Below, one piece after another: positions 13,648 through 24,117 of a stretch of 29,805 nt of DNA. Numbering within the stretch: the first letter of the stretch is position 1; each line of letters opens with the position of its first letter. Location of the stretch: positions 1-29,805 of IMG/VR virus record IMGVR_UViG_3300042988_002177; one strand, given 5' to 3'. The stretch comes from a virus (Duplodnaviria > Caudoviricetes). The position numbers were made by a program, and so were the translations under genes. The notes below the pieces were generated by a model. The model searched no databases. It had not been told where the DNA came from and was given only the letters and a program-made list of their open reading frames with translations.

Positions 13648-16600
13648 ATGGCGGACATCCCCACTCCACGTTCATATAATCAAATTCTAAGCGACTTAAT
13701 TAGTGCCTTTTTGTCAAGGTATGGTATTTCACAACTACAAGTCGGTTCGCCTATTCTGTCCTTCTTAGAAGCTGCTGCTCAAAGCGATGTAAGAAGCAGC
13801 CAAGATGTATTCAACCTACTGGATTCAATTTCTATAGACAGAGCTAATGGTCAGGCATTAGACCGCTTAGCTGCTGATGAAAACATAGCTAGACGCACTG
13901 TAACTGCTTCAAATGGCGCAGTTACCTTTTATGACACAAGTTTTACAAAGAAGTCCAGCTTACTGTATTTAGGCACTGGAGCATTAGTTGCCGGAAGCTT
14001 GACTGTTCAAGTAGAAGATGCCCTTTCTTTCCCAGTTTCTGGAACTATTTACATTGGACGTGGAACTGATAACTTTGAAGGTCCGCTTACATATACTGCC
14101 AAAACTCAATTTGCTGGATATTGGCAATTAACCCTATCTGTAGCTACATCTAAGTTCCACAACTTAGGAGAGACAGTTGTTGTAGGTCAAGGTGGGCTAC
14201 GTCAAATTCCTCCGGGAACTGTAGTCCAAACTACACAACAAGCTCTTGGCGATGCAATTAAGTTCACTACCATCTATAGTGCAGTAATTCCAGATGGAGA
14301 GGTTGAAGTAACTGACGTCGATGTTCTAGCTCAAACTCCAGGTCTTTCTGGAAACGTACCAGCAAACTCAATCAAAGAAGTAGTATCTACTTTATTTGTG
14401 GGTGCTGCTGTTAAGAACCCATTGCCGTTTAGTACAGCAACTGCTGCTGAAACAGACGAAGCACTACGCGAACGCATTAAAGACGCTAAACAATCCAGAA
14501 CAAAGGGAACTGGGTTATCCATAATTAATGCAATTAGAGGAGCTAGGTCTTCTGAAGACAATAAAACCCTTATTAGCTCGTCTTTAGTTACTTCAGGAGA
14601 TAGAGCGAAGCTATATATAGACGATGGTACTGGGTATGAAGAAACATTTGGAAACGTAGCCACCGAGACGCTGATGGATTCTGCTCTTGGTGGGGAAGAC
14701 GTTTTCCAACTATCCGGACCTAGACCAATTGCTAAGGCTTTCGTAAAATCTGGATACACTGCTCCATTTGAACTAAATGACCAAGACTTGCTATCCGTAC
14801 AGGTCGGCGGTGTTACATCTACCCACATATTCCCAAGTGGAGACTTTTACAACATAGCTAATGCTTCTGCATATGAAATAGTAGCAAGTATCAATGGTAA
14901 TCCAAATCTATTGTTTAATGCAAGAACTTCCGATGGCGGTTCTAAGGTTAGTTTATTTGCTAAATCAGACGTCAACGAAGATTTGCAGGTTCTTTCCTTA
15001 GATTCTTCTGATGCTAACGTAGCTCTTAATTTCTCTACAAATCCAGCTTATACACTTCGTTTATACAAAAACGACGTATTGCTCTACAAAGATGGCAAAA
15101 CTGCACTAGTTAGCAGCCTTTATCAATACGAATGGAACTCCGGTATAACCGATGGAGACACTTTAATTCTCTCTGTAGACGGGACCTCTGACCAGACAAT
15201 TACAATAAGAAACTCTGACTTTATTTCACAAAACACAGGCTATACTACTGTTAATTACCAAAACTCACTAGATTCTTGGGTAACCGTACTTTCTTCTAAA
15301 ATAGCTGGTGTGTCTATATATAATAGAAATGGCAGACTTGAAGTCTCTAGTAACCTAAAGGGTAATTCAAGAAGCCGCATTGAAATTGTTGGCGGGACAT
15401 TAACCACCAAAAACATGTTCAATGTTGGAGATGTATCTGTTGGCCAAAACAATGACTATTCATTAAACAGAAATACTGGTCAAATCAAGTTAAATCAGCC
15501 ATTGGTTGAATTTGATAAATTAGAGATTGCCAGCCCAAATACAAAAGCTTACATTCAGACTCCAGAATTCCCTACATCAAGTGTTACATTTGCAGGCAGT
15601 ATCCCAACTTGGTGGTTTTGTATAGATGGTTCTTCTTCTTTATTGAATCCAAATATATCAAGCTCTACGTCCATTGCGGTAAGTATTCCAGTAGCTGGTT
15701 TAAGTAAATATCAAGTAGCCAGCGGATTGCTTGGTGGAGAGGTTGAAGTTGGTGACTGGGTAGTTATTTGGGATACTGCATTTAATGCAAGTAATAGAGG
15801 TATCTTTAGAGTTACCCAAGTAGATAATGCTACTGACTATTTTATTGTCGAAAATGCTGCAGCGGTTCCAGAAACTGTAACTCCAAGTTCACAAGGAATC
15901 GCCTTCGCTCGTAGCTCTACACAACCACAGTCAGTCAGTGCCACAATAGCAACATATTCTCTTAATTCATTAGCTACTTTATTTAATCAGTCTTTAATTG
16001 GAGCTAAAGCTGAAGTTTACAGGAATAAGTTCTTCAGAGTTACCTCCAATTCATTCGATAATGGTGATGTATTATTGATTACAGCCAATACATCAGCTCA
16101 ATCTCTGTTATTGCCAGTAAGTCATGACGATGCAGAACCTAATCACTTAGCCACGGTTGAAAGTGGTCATTCTGAACTTGGTACGCCCAGGTTCTTATTT
16201 ACATCAGTATCTTCAGCAACCTCCAATACAGTAACTGCTACTCCAAAAACAACCTCAATTACAGACAGCCTATATGACTATTGGGGTGTAGGTGATTTTA
16301 TCAAGTTCCAAAAGAAGCTTGATACTACAGTAAGTTTCTATGGAAATGCAAGCGAAGACCGTAGAGTTTTGACTGATATCACTGGTTCAGTCTCTACTAC
16401 TAAGACAAATGCAATGTCCAGAACTCCAGAAGCCGGAGATATTGTTCAGGGATTCAATACATTCACTCTTGGTGCAACTGACAGCATTAACGTCATACTG
16501 GATGGAGATGCATTAAACAAGAATTATAATATCCCACTATACAGACAAGTTAAGCCATTGGCTGGAGCCACATACGGTGCCGCTGCGTTCGAGGTTCGTG

Positions 16601-19600
16601 AAACAGCCGGTTCCTCCCTATTTGCTGCTTGGGGAACTACTTCGTCTTTATTTAATGACTTTGCTGTATACATGAAAGCCAGAGGCAAGTCACACTCAAT
16701 TTCTGCAAATCAAGCGCTTTTGTGGAGATTTGCCAGAAGCGGTCCAGAAGGTGAGTGGGCAAAGGTACGATATGTAAATCCAACTGCCCCAAGCCAGACT
16801 TTGGGCATATCAGCTTCTGACGCAATTCCTTTAGTTAAAAATCAAATAGCTGGAACCGGGACATCGTCATATCCAAAGACATTTATTGATGTAACTCTTC
16901 CATCTGGGACAGAGCGCACTGGACTTGGTTTAGATGGCAATATGTATTGGCTATTTAACAAATTCCCTACATTTACAGCAGGGGTTGCCAGAGTTGCTAG
17001 ATCTGCCGGTACTACAGTTACGGTTACATTAGACTTGACACTAACCTCTTATTTACATAATTTGTCTATTGGGGACATAATTGTATTAACAAATAGTGAT
17101 ACAGATTTCGCAGCTGGCGTATATACAATAACAAACGTAGGTGCTGCAAGCTTCCAATATAGTGATACCGGAGCTAATACAGTAAACGGGACAAGCCTTA
17201 CATACGCTCTGTATTATAAAGATGCCGGTATTAGTTATTCAATTACAAATATCGCAGTAACATCAAACGTAGTAACTGCTACAATTGGAGCGCATCCATT
17301 CAAGATAGGCGATGTAATTTGGGTGCCATATCCATACTACTATAACTCAGGTGCCTCAGCTGTAGGATTAGGTAGTTTTACTGTAACTGCAATAAGTGGC
17401 ACTACAGTAAGTTGGACTCAATTTAAACCAGATTTAGCAAGCACACCCACTCCTGGAGTATGGGTAGTCTCAACTGGTGCTACCGCAAAATGTACTGCGC
17501 AATACTACAGGGCTCAGGTCAAGGCTGGTAGCTTACAAAGAGTGGGTTCGGTAGTTACAGCTACTTGGGCAGCCACCTCACTAGTAGATAGTTGTCCATA
17601 CGCTGTTGGCGACTTAGTATATTTAACCCCAGGCGAAGCTAATTTTGCTGCTGGAGCTAAGGTAGTTACAGAGGTCGGGTCTGGATACTTTAAGTATTCA
17701 GAAACCGGTGCAGCAGTTTCTAGTGCTGGTATTCAGTACTTCCAATCAACGCCAAATATGCCTAATTTAACTGGTGGTGGAACTCCTGTAATAAACGGAG
17801 ATATTGTTAATTTCTCATCTTTCGTACCAGATTCTCTTGGTCTGCGTGGAAGCGTTAAGTTATCCGAAATATCTTCAACCGGATTTACATTCTGGTCAGA
17901 TTTAAGAAATACATCTGCGTATCAAGAAATATTTAAGCTAAACTCATTGACCAATATGAGGTTTTTCCCAATAACCCCAACAACTGCAAGTGCTATAGCG
18001 ACATATGTAAATAGCAATTCTAGTATTGTTTCAGCTACTGTATTGGGAACCGGAGCTACAAACGTAGACACTGCTACTGAAGATGAGTTCTTGACCAAAA
18101 CTAACAACGCTTCAATAAATGGAGCCGGAACCTTCTCAATTCCATGCTTTGATTTATTCGATGGAATTAACTACGTACTTAATACAAATATAAGTAATAT
18201 AGCTAGCAATATATCACTTAAGAAGGCGGTGAGTGGAGAATTAACTACTAACAATGACTTCAATAATGAAGTATTGACATTAATTCCCAAAACTGCAGAT
18301 AACTTTGTAAACTTCCTTTCCAATCCAGCTGCTACTGGCTTGTCGGCAAATGCTTCTATTTACACTTCTTCAAATGGAACGAAGGTTGAGCTAGTATCTT
18401 CTCAATCTGGAAGTGAAGGAAGTATACAAGTTGGCGGTGGTCAAGGCAACCAAAGCAGCGCCTTGATTTACAACGGAGCAATGAATTTAAGCTACAATAA
18501 CTCAGGATTCGTATTTAATGCTCTAACTTCCCAATTATCTGGATTCTCAGGAAGAATGCCAGTTAGAATTGCAAATCAAAATAAAACAGCTAAATCTGCG
18601 TATATAAATGCGGCAAATACGTGGACAATATATCCTGGCGATAATGCAAATGAATGGCTGATTGTATCTGACGATGTCGTAATAGTTCCTAAGGCCCAGA
18701 ACGTTGATGCGACTCCTAGAAATTGGCAAGTAATGAAACATGGAGACTTCGTTTCCTATACAGAAACAAGCGCTTCACCACTTGATTTTAGTGGCGTATA
18801 TGTTGGAGATTTGTTTATAATTAAGAATCCAGTAACTGGGACCGCATTTAGTCAAGTAAATACAGGTACTTTCATAGTTGTTGCGGTAGATGCGACAGCT
18901 TCTAAAAACACGGTTTGGGTCTATAATCCCAGTGGAGTCTCTGAAGTAGTAACTGCTACTACTGCTTGGATGAGAATTCTTGATTACAATAGCATTGACT
19001 TAGGCGACACACTGACAATTAGCTCATCAGTTCTCGGTTCTGCAAATATAGGGTCGTTTACTGTAAGTAGAAGGGCTGAGGACTATTTAAGCGCTGATTT
19101 CAACAAGAAATTCTATGTTACCGGGAATATGACAGCAGCCACAGCTGTTCTTGGTAATGACTATATTCACGTAAACATAATTGAAGCTAATCCTTTCTAT
19201 ACATATACTATAATTAACTCAATAATCGAAGATTCTGAAATACCAGGAACAAGCAAGGTTTATTGTGCTACTTCATTGGATTATTCTTATATTCCAAAGC
19301 TCAATTCTTCGGTTAATTCAACAATGATGGCTTTAGATAAGCTATCTTTCCCTACATCAGTTAATATAGGATTAGATGGATACTCCTATAACAATGGATT
19401 ACTGGGAGAGGTTCACAGAATTGTATATGGGGACGAAAATGACCCGGGTACATATCCTGGTGTCGCAGCAACTCCTGCTTTAATTGACATTTCTGGACCA
19501 TTGGTTAAGCGTCTCTATATATCATTAGAAGTGCGTCTAAGAACTGGCGTTTCAATTGACGCTATATTGAATAAAATTAAATCAGCTATTGCCGCCGAAA

Positions 19601-19797
19601 TAAACAATTCACCAATTGGCACGAATATTGCGATTTCTGATATAGTATCTGCGGCAAATAAAATTAGTGGCGTATTGTCAGTAACAATAATTTACCCAGA
19701 ATACTCACTAGGAAATGACTTAATCCCAGTTCAGGCGAATGAAAAGGCAACAATCTTAGACTTAAATAATGACATTTCAGTAACTATATTAAATTAA
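13648..19797 (+). CDS. Giant baseplate J/gp47-like (baseplate wedge) protein, 2049 aa
   Basis: N-terminal GSPILSFLEAAA...IDRANGQALDRLA...IARR...GAVTF, PGLSGNVPANSI, ETDEALRERIK. C-terminal INNSPIGTNIAISDIVSAANKISGVLSV. Long beta-rich S/T/G insertion between them. Confidence 0.88.
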   Translation: MADIPTPRSYNQILSDLISAFLSRYGISQLQVGSPILSFLEAAAQSDVRSSQDVFNLLDSISIDRANGQALDRLAADENIARRTVTASNGAVTFYDTSFTKKSSLLYLGTGALVAGSLTVQVEDALSFPVSGTIYIGRGTDNFEGPLTYTAKTQFAGYWQLTLSVATSKFHNLGETVVVGQGGLRQIPPGTVVQTTQQALGDAIKFTTIYSAVIPDGEVEVTDVDVLAQTPGLSGNVPANSIKEVVSTLFVGAAVKNPLPFSTATAAETDEALRERIKDAKQSRTKGTGLSIINAIRGARSSEDNKTLISSSLVTSGDRAKLYIDDGTGYEETFGNVATETLMDSALGGEDVFQLSGPRPIAKAFVKSGYTAPFELNDQDLLSVQVGGVTSTHIFPSGDFYNIANASAYEIVASINGNPNLLFNARTSDGGSKVSLFAKSDVNEDLQVLSLDSSDANVALNFSTNPAYTLRLYKNDVLLYKDGKTALVSSLYQYEWNSGITDGDTLILSVDGTSDQTITIRNSDFISQNTGYTTVNYQNSLDSWVTVLSSKIAGVSIYNRNGRLEVSSNLKGNSRSRIEIVGGTLTTKNMFNVGDVSVGQNNDYSLNRNTGQIKLNQPLVEFDKLEIASPNTKAYIQTPEFPTSSVTFAGSIPTWWFCIDGSSSLLNPNISSSTSIAVSIPVAGLSKYQVASGLLGGEVEVGDWVVIWDTAFNASNRGIFRVTQVDNATDYFIVENAAAVPETVTPSSQGIAFARSSTQPQSVSATIATYSLNSLATLFNQSLIGAKAEVYRNKFFRVTSNSFDNGDVLLITANTSAQSLLLPVSHDDAEPNHLATVESGHSELGTPRFLFTSVSSATSNTVTATPKTTSITDSLYDYWGVGDFIKFQKKLDTTVSFYGNASEDRRVLTDITGSVSTTKTNAMSRTPEAGDIVQGFNTFTLGATDSINVILDGDALNKNYNIPLYRQVKPLAGATYGAAAFEVRETAGSSLFAAWGTTSSLFNDFAVYMKARGKSHSISANQALLWRFARSGPEGEWAKVRYVNPTAPSQTLGISASDAIPLVKNQIAGTGTSSYPKTFIDVTLPSGTERTGLGLDGNMYWLFNKFPTFTAGVARVARSAGTTVTVTLDLTLTSYLHNLSIGDIIVLTNSDTDFAAGVYTITNVGAASFQYSDTGANTVNGTSLTYALYYKDAGISYSITNIAVTSNVVTATIGAHPFKIGDVIWVPYPYYYNSGASAVGLGSFTVTAISGTTVSWTQFKPDLASTPTPGVWVVSTGATAKCTAQYYRAQVKAGSLQRVGSVVTATWAATSLVDSCPYAVGDLVYLTPGEANFAAGAKVVTEVGSGYFKYSETGAAVSSAGIQYFQSTPNMPNLTGGGTPVINGDIVNFSSFVPDSLGLRGSVKLSEISSTGFTFWSDLRNTSAYQEIFKLNSLTNMRFFPITPTTASAIATYVNSNSSIVSATVLGTGATNVDTATEDEFLTKTNNASINGAGTFSIPCFDLFDGINYVLNTNISNIASNISLKKAVSGELTTNNDFNNEVLTLIPKTADNFVNFLSNPAATGLSANASIYTSSNGTKVELVSSQSGSEGSIQVGGGQGNQSSALIYNGAMNLSYNNSGFVFNALTSQLSGFSGRMPVRIANQNKTAKSAYINAANTWTIYPGDNANEWLIVSDDVVIVPKAQNVDATPRNWQVMKHGDFVSYTETSASPLDFSGVYVGDLFIIKNPVTGTAFSQVNTGTFIVVAVDATASKNTVWVYNPSGVSEVVTATTAWMRILDYNSIDLGDTLTISSSVLGSANIGSFTVSRRAEDYLSADFNKKFYVTGNMTAATAVLGNDYIHVNIIEANPFYTYTIINSIIEDSEIPGTSKVYCATSLDYSYIPKLNSSVNSTMMALDKLSFPTSVNIGLDGYSYNNGLLGEVHRIVYGDENDPGTYPGVAATPALIDISGPLVKRLYISLEVRLRTGVSIDAILNKIKSAIAAEINNSPIGTNIAISDIVSAANKISGVLSVTIIYPEYSLGNDLIPVQANEKATILDLNNDISVTILN

Positions 19798-19824
19798 TAC
19801 TGGAATTATTATTGGAGAATAAAC

Positions 19825-20865
19825 ATGGCAGTTTTACCAGCAATATCAAGGTCTTGGTGCACCAGAGCTAATATTCCTATTCCCGACAACTCCTCTACTA
19901 GAAATGTCGGTAATAGCTTCTTGTGGAATCTAAAGGAATGCCTCCTTAATACCTCCGTAGGTGGTACTTTAACTGGTGTTCGTCATGCTAATAGTGTATG
20001 GACTGTAGTTAGGTCGTCCGATGGAGCTGCTGCCGGGGCTACTGAAGATGGTATTGACAGATGGGGCACTCCATACAACGCCTCTAAGTTTGTTCGAAAT
20101 ACAACTGGTAACGCCCACTCTTGGATTATTCTCCGTAATTCGTATATTGGCCATGACATGATTATTGCCTGCAATGCCAATAGCGACAAGGCTGGTCGAG
20201 TTGCATTTACCTTGTCTTCTACCCCATTTGGTGCCGGTTCGGTGACCGCGTCGCCTCCTATTACTAGTTCTCCTAGTTTTGCATATGGAATATCATCCGA
20301 TGCCGTTGGTAGCAGCATTTCCCTTTCAGAGGATGTAACATCCGGAGCTACTTTTTACTCTCACTTTATTGCTGATGATTTTGGGAATTTCATTTACTTA
20401 TACAGCAAAGTAGGTTCCGGAATCTTTAGCGGGATGGTATCTTTAATTCAATCGGTAAATGCTCATGTAAGTGATACATTTAATCGCTTTGCTTTTGGTG
20501 GAACGGCTGTGGTGTCAGGCAAAGGGACTCCAAGTTGCGCAAATGCTGCTCGTACAACTGCAGGTTGTACAAGTCGAGGGCCGGATAACAGCGCACCTAC
20601 CGGTGGAGCGACTTGTATATCTGCAGGAGGGACTTCACCATTAGCTGAAAATACCGGAAGGTCGGACTCTCGTAGTGGCGAAGTACGTTTTGTGCAAGTT
20701 CATGTCTTTTCAGATTCTCCACTTGCTTACAGAGGGGTGCTTCCTGATATATACGAAGTAATTGGAGGGGTGACTGGGACCTCATATCCAACTATAGCCA
20801 ATCAAACTTGGGTATCTGTCGGGAACTATCTTTTCCCATTCTTATCCACACAGCCCATATTATAG
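19825..20865 (+). CDS. Probable virion structural protein, paralogue A (346 aa)
   Basis: GGAGA RBS; S/T/G-rich; within the tail module; duplicate of the next gene. Confidence 0.75.
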   Translation: MAVLPAISRSWCTRANIPIPDNSSTRNVGNSFLWNLKECLLNTSVGGTLTGVRHANSVWTVVRSSDGAAAGATEDGIDRWGTPYNASKFVRNTTGNAHSWIILRNSYIGHDMIIACNANSDKAGRVAFTLSSTPFGAGSVTASPPITSSPSFAYGISSDAVGSSISLSEDVTSGATFYSHFIADDFGNFIYLYSKVGSGIFSGMVSLIQSVNAHVSDTFNRFAFGGTAVVSGKGTPSCANAARTTAGCTSRGPDNSAPTGGATCISAGGTSPLAENTGRSDSRSGEVRFVQVHVFSDSPLAYRGVLPDIYEVIGGVTGTSYPTIANQTWVSVGNYLFPFLSTQPIL

Positions 20866-20886
20866 AGTATATTTCGGAGAATAAAC

Positions 20887-21927
20887 ATGGCAGTTTTACC
20901 CGCAATTTCAAGAAGTTGGTGCACAAGGGCCAATATCCCTATTCCAAACAATTCTTCTACTAGAAATGTCGGCAATAGTTTCTTGTGGAATCTAAAGGAA
21001 TGTCTCCTTAACACTCTTGGCGGCGGAACTTTAACTGGTGTTCGTCATGCTAATAGTGTATGGACTGTAGTTAGGTCTTGTGACGGAGTTGCCTACGGAG
21101 CTACTGAAGATGGCGTTGACCGAATCGGAACTCCATATAATTCAACCAAGTTTGTTCGAAATTCAACTAGCAGTGCTCATTCTTGGATTATTCTCCGTAA
21201 TTCGTATATTGGCCATGACATGCTTATCTCTTGTAATGCCAACTCTGATACCACAAGCCGAGTTGCGTTTACTCCCACGTCGTCCCCGTTTGGTACAGGC
21301 TCCGTGACAGCCGACCCCCCAACTACTTCGTTCTCGTTTCAATTTGGAAGCAATGCTGACTCGACAACTACCGCTACTATAAACGTCGCGGATGTAACAT
21401 CCGGAGCTACTTTTTACTCTCACTTTATTGCTGATGATTTTGGAAATTTCATTTACTTATGGAGTAAGGTGGGTTCCGGAATCTTTAGTGGAATGGTATC
21501 TTTAATCCAATCGGTAGGTGCCCATCCAAGTGACACGTTTAATCGCTTTGCTTTTGGTGGAACAGCTACATCGACGAGCACCTCCCTAGGTACGCCATAT
21601 GTTTCAAGTGCCCATGGGCCTTCTGGCTGTACAAGTAGAGCGCCAGACGGTGGCGCAAACAGTGGAGGCGTCACAGCCTTATGTGCTGGAAGTGCTACTG
21701 CATTGTCAGAAAACAACTGGAAAGGAGATAGTCTTACTAATGAGGTGCGTTTTGTGCAAGCTCACGTTTTTTCAAACAGCCCACTTGCTTATAGAGGGGT
21801 GCTTCCTGATATATACGAAGTAATTGGAGGAGGGGTAGGGGTTTCGTACCCAAATGTAGCTAGTCAAACTTGGATATCTGCCGGGAACTATCTTCTCCCC
21901 TTCTTGTCCACACAGCCCCTATTATAA
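20887..21927 (+). CDS. Probable virion structural protein, paralogue B (346 aa)
   Basis: Same ggagaataaacatggcagttttacc start context and same length as paralogue A; long identical peptide blocks. Confidence 0.75.
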   Translation: MAVLPAISRSWCTRANIPIPNNSSTRNVGNSFLWNLKECLLNTLGGGTLTGVRHANSVWTVVRSCDGVAYGATEDGVDRIGTPYNSTKFVRNSTSSAHSWIILRNSYIGHDMLISCNANSDTTSRVAFTPTSSPFGTGSVTADPPTTSFSFQFGSNADSTTTATINVADVTSGATFYSHFIADDFGNFIYLWSKVGSGIFSGMVSLIQSVGAHPSDTFNRFAFGGTATSTSTSLGTPYVSSAHGPSGCTSRAPDGGANSGGVTALCAGSATALSENNWKGDSLTNEVRFVQAHVFSNSPLAYRGVLPDIYEVIGGGVGVSYPNVASQTWISAGNYLLPFLSTQPLL

Positions 21928-21930
21928 CTT

Positions 21931-24117
21931 ATGGCATATTCACTACTTAGAAGAGAAGTTGACATTGTCAATGACGTAACCGACGCCGAAGGTGTTCGAC
22001 GAATAACATTTCGCCAGCGGGAGTGGTGGTTTGATGCTGGACTTGGAATGGGTTATTATGCTGTAAGTCCGAGTTTGCGATTAAATCCGAACGCAACAGC
22101 AATAGATGGGACTGGTGCTCGTACGTGGATTACTCGACAGTCGGCTAGTTACCGTCTTGATGATAATTACGCACAGCCCCTCTCTGGAACACAGACAATA
22201 ACTGGCGACGGCATAACAGACTGTACTGTTACATTACGGTCTTTCGCACTGGGTGATGTTGAAATTATTTTTCAGGACGCCGCTCTGGGATATGGTCAGT
22301 ACTGGACACTTTCCTCAGCGGCTACAGGACCTGCAACTATAGAAGGCCCAATGAATCCTGAGGAATACTTGATGCCCGGAGTCAAAGATGGCGGCTATCT
22401 CGATATTATGGGATACAAGTATATCGACCTTACCGCACTTTTAAAGAACTGGAATACAGTTGAAGTTGTATTAGACGTAATCCCGACCTCAGTTAATACA
22501 ACCACATCAAATTGGACTATAACCGGACCTTCCGCCATTACTGTAACAGGGGTCAGTTGGACTCCGGGGACCTCCATAGTCACTCTAACTACTTCCGGTG
22601 CATTTGTTCCCGGAACTTACACTCTATCGGTAGCTCCGGGTACTGTATCGGACTTGATGTCTGTCAATCAGGCATCCAGAACCTTTGAAAGCCACCCTGT
22701 ACCAATTGCCTTCTCTGTACTGCGTAAGTCCAGTTCCCTTCTGCGGGTCAATCTGGACCGAGTCCCGACTGTAGTTAGTGCTAATTCATTAGATTACGTC
22801 CTAACTGGTCCATCCTCCCTTAGTGTGGATACAGTTTCCTATACTCCAGGTAATGATTATTTAGAACTAACTGTTAGTGGAGGATGGGTTAGTGGAACTC
22901 ATACATTAAGCATAGCTAGTCAGGCGATTCAAGATGGTTGGACCAATGCACCATCAGCTGATTTTGAATATGTAGCAGATGCGATTATAGTTGAGCCACT
23001 GTATTTCAATTCAACTCAAACAATGAGGGCTTATTTTACTACAATTCCAACCTCAGTAGATACAGACCCATTAAAATGGAATATTACAGGGCCCTATCCA
23101 GTTACTCCAGATACCATTACTTGGAATCCTGGGGATGATTATGTAGAGATATGGATAACAGTATTGACTGCTGACGGGCTGCTTCCATATGGCACATACA
23201 CCTTAGTTATGGACCCGGGTGTCGTCACTGATGGTTCTTCCGTAAACATATTGAGTGCCATTTTTGAAGTAAAGCACGATGTAATTAACTATTGGGGAAG
23301 AATTACTGGCGTAAATACGGTTCGTATAGACATAGGTCAAGAAATTCCATCTGCTGTTAGTAATAACCCACTTGGATACACAATAGTGGGTCCATCTGCT
23401 ATTACTGTAAATACCGTAAGCTGGACACCGGGAAATAGCTATATTGACTTAACTGTAACAGGGACCTTTGCTGCTGGCCAATATTCATTGTTTATAACCC
23501 CTGGAATATTGACTTTTGCTAGCAATTCAGTTTCTGCTCTATATACTTATCTTGGTGGAGCTACTGGCGGGACAGGAATTACCTTAACCTCTGTAACAGG
23601 TGGGGCTAATACCGTAAATATCTTGTTTAGTTCAACGCCTACACTACTGCAAGATGCTTTATTGCCAAATAGATATATAATTACTGGTCCAAATTCTGAA
23701 TATGTTCCAGTTTTCAGTGTAAATGTATCCGGAAATTCAATAATACTATCCACTGGCTGGCAAGCTAATGGAACTACTTATTCACTAAGAATTCCTAGTT
23801 CGTGGATAGCAAATGGTGGAGGCAGTGTATTTACTGGTCCATTTACTCAAAACTTCACTGGAGTAGCCACCTCTCCTGCCCTTACAATAGCCAGAACCGT
23901 AGATTCAAGAACTATAGAGGTTTGGTTCAATAAGCCAGTAAATGAGCTTGATGCATTAAATACCAACAACTACTCCATTACCAATGGGCTCACGGTTTCT
24001 GGTGTTTCAAAAGTCTCCGATACAATCTTTACCTTAACTACAAGTCACCAAACAGTTGGAACGTCATATACTGTAACTGCTTCCAATATTAGGGACTTTC
24101 AAGGATTGGTAATTTAA
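21931..24117 (+). CDS. Virion protein with tandem Ig-like repeats (728 aa)
   Basis: About five ~95-100-aa repeats with (W/Y)TITGPSAITVxxVSWTPGxxYxxLT...GTYTLxxxPG. Last repeat ends in IEVWFNKPV...NYSI...GTSYTVTASNIRD (Big/SbsA-like Ig). Confidence 0.75.
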   Translation: MAYSLLRREVDIVNDVTDAEGVRRITFRQREWWFDAGLGMGYYAVSPSLRLNPNATAIDGTGARTWITRQSASYRLDDNYAQPLSGTQTITGDGITDCTVTLRSFALGDVEIIFQDAALGYGQYWTLSSAATGPATIEGPMNPEEYLMPGVKDGGYLDIMGYKYIDLTALLKNWNTVEVVLDVIPTSVNTTTSNWTITGPSAITVTGVSWTPGTSIVTLTTSGAFVPGTYTLSVAPGTVSDLMSVNQASRTFESHPVPIAFSVLRKSSSLLRVNLDRVPTVVSANSLDYVLTGPSSLSVDTVSYTPGNDYLELTVSGGWVSGTHTLSIASQAIQDGWTNAPSADFEYVADAIIVEPLYFNSTQTMRAYFTTIPTSVDTDPLKWNITGPYPVTPDTITWNPGDDYVEIWITVLTADGLLPYGTYTLVMDPGVVTDGSSVNILSAIFEVKHDVINYWGRITGVNTVRIDIGQEIPSAVSNNPLGYTIVGPSAITVNTVSWTPGNSYIDLTVTGTFAAGQYSLFITPGILTFASNSVSALYTYLGGATGGTGITLTSVTGGANTVNILFSSTPTLLQDALLPNRYIITGPNSEYVPVFSVNVSGNSIILSTGWQANGTTYSLRIPSSWIANGGGSVFTGPFTQNFTGVATSPALTIARTVDSRTIEVWFNKPVNELDALNTNNYSITNGLTVSGVSKVSDTIFTLTTSHQTVGTSYTVTASNIRDFQGLVI

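Noticed and set aside
19825-21927. Diversity-generating retroelement template/variable repeat pair
   Set aside because: Both copies are full genes, the differences include indels and are not obviously adenine-restricted, and there is no reverse transcriptase in the window.
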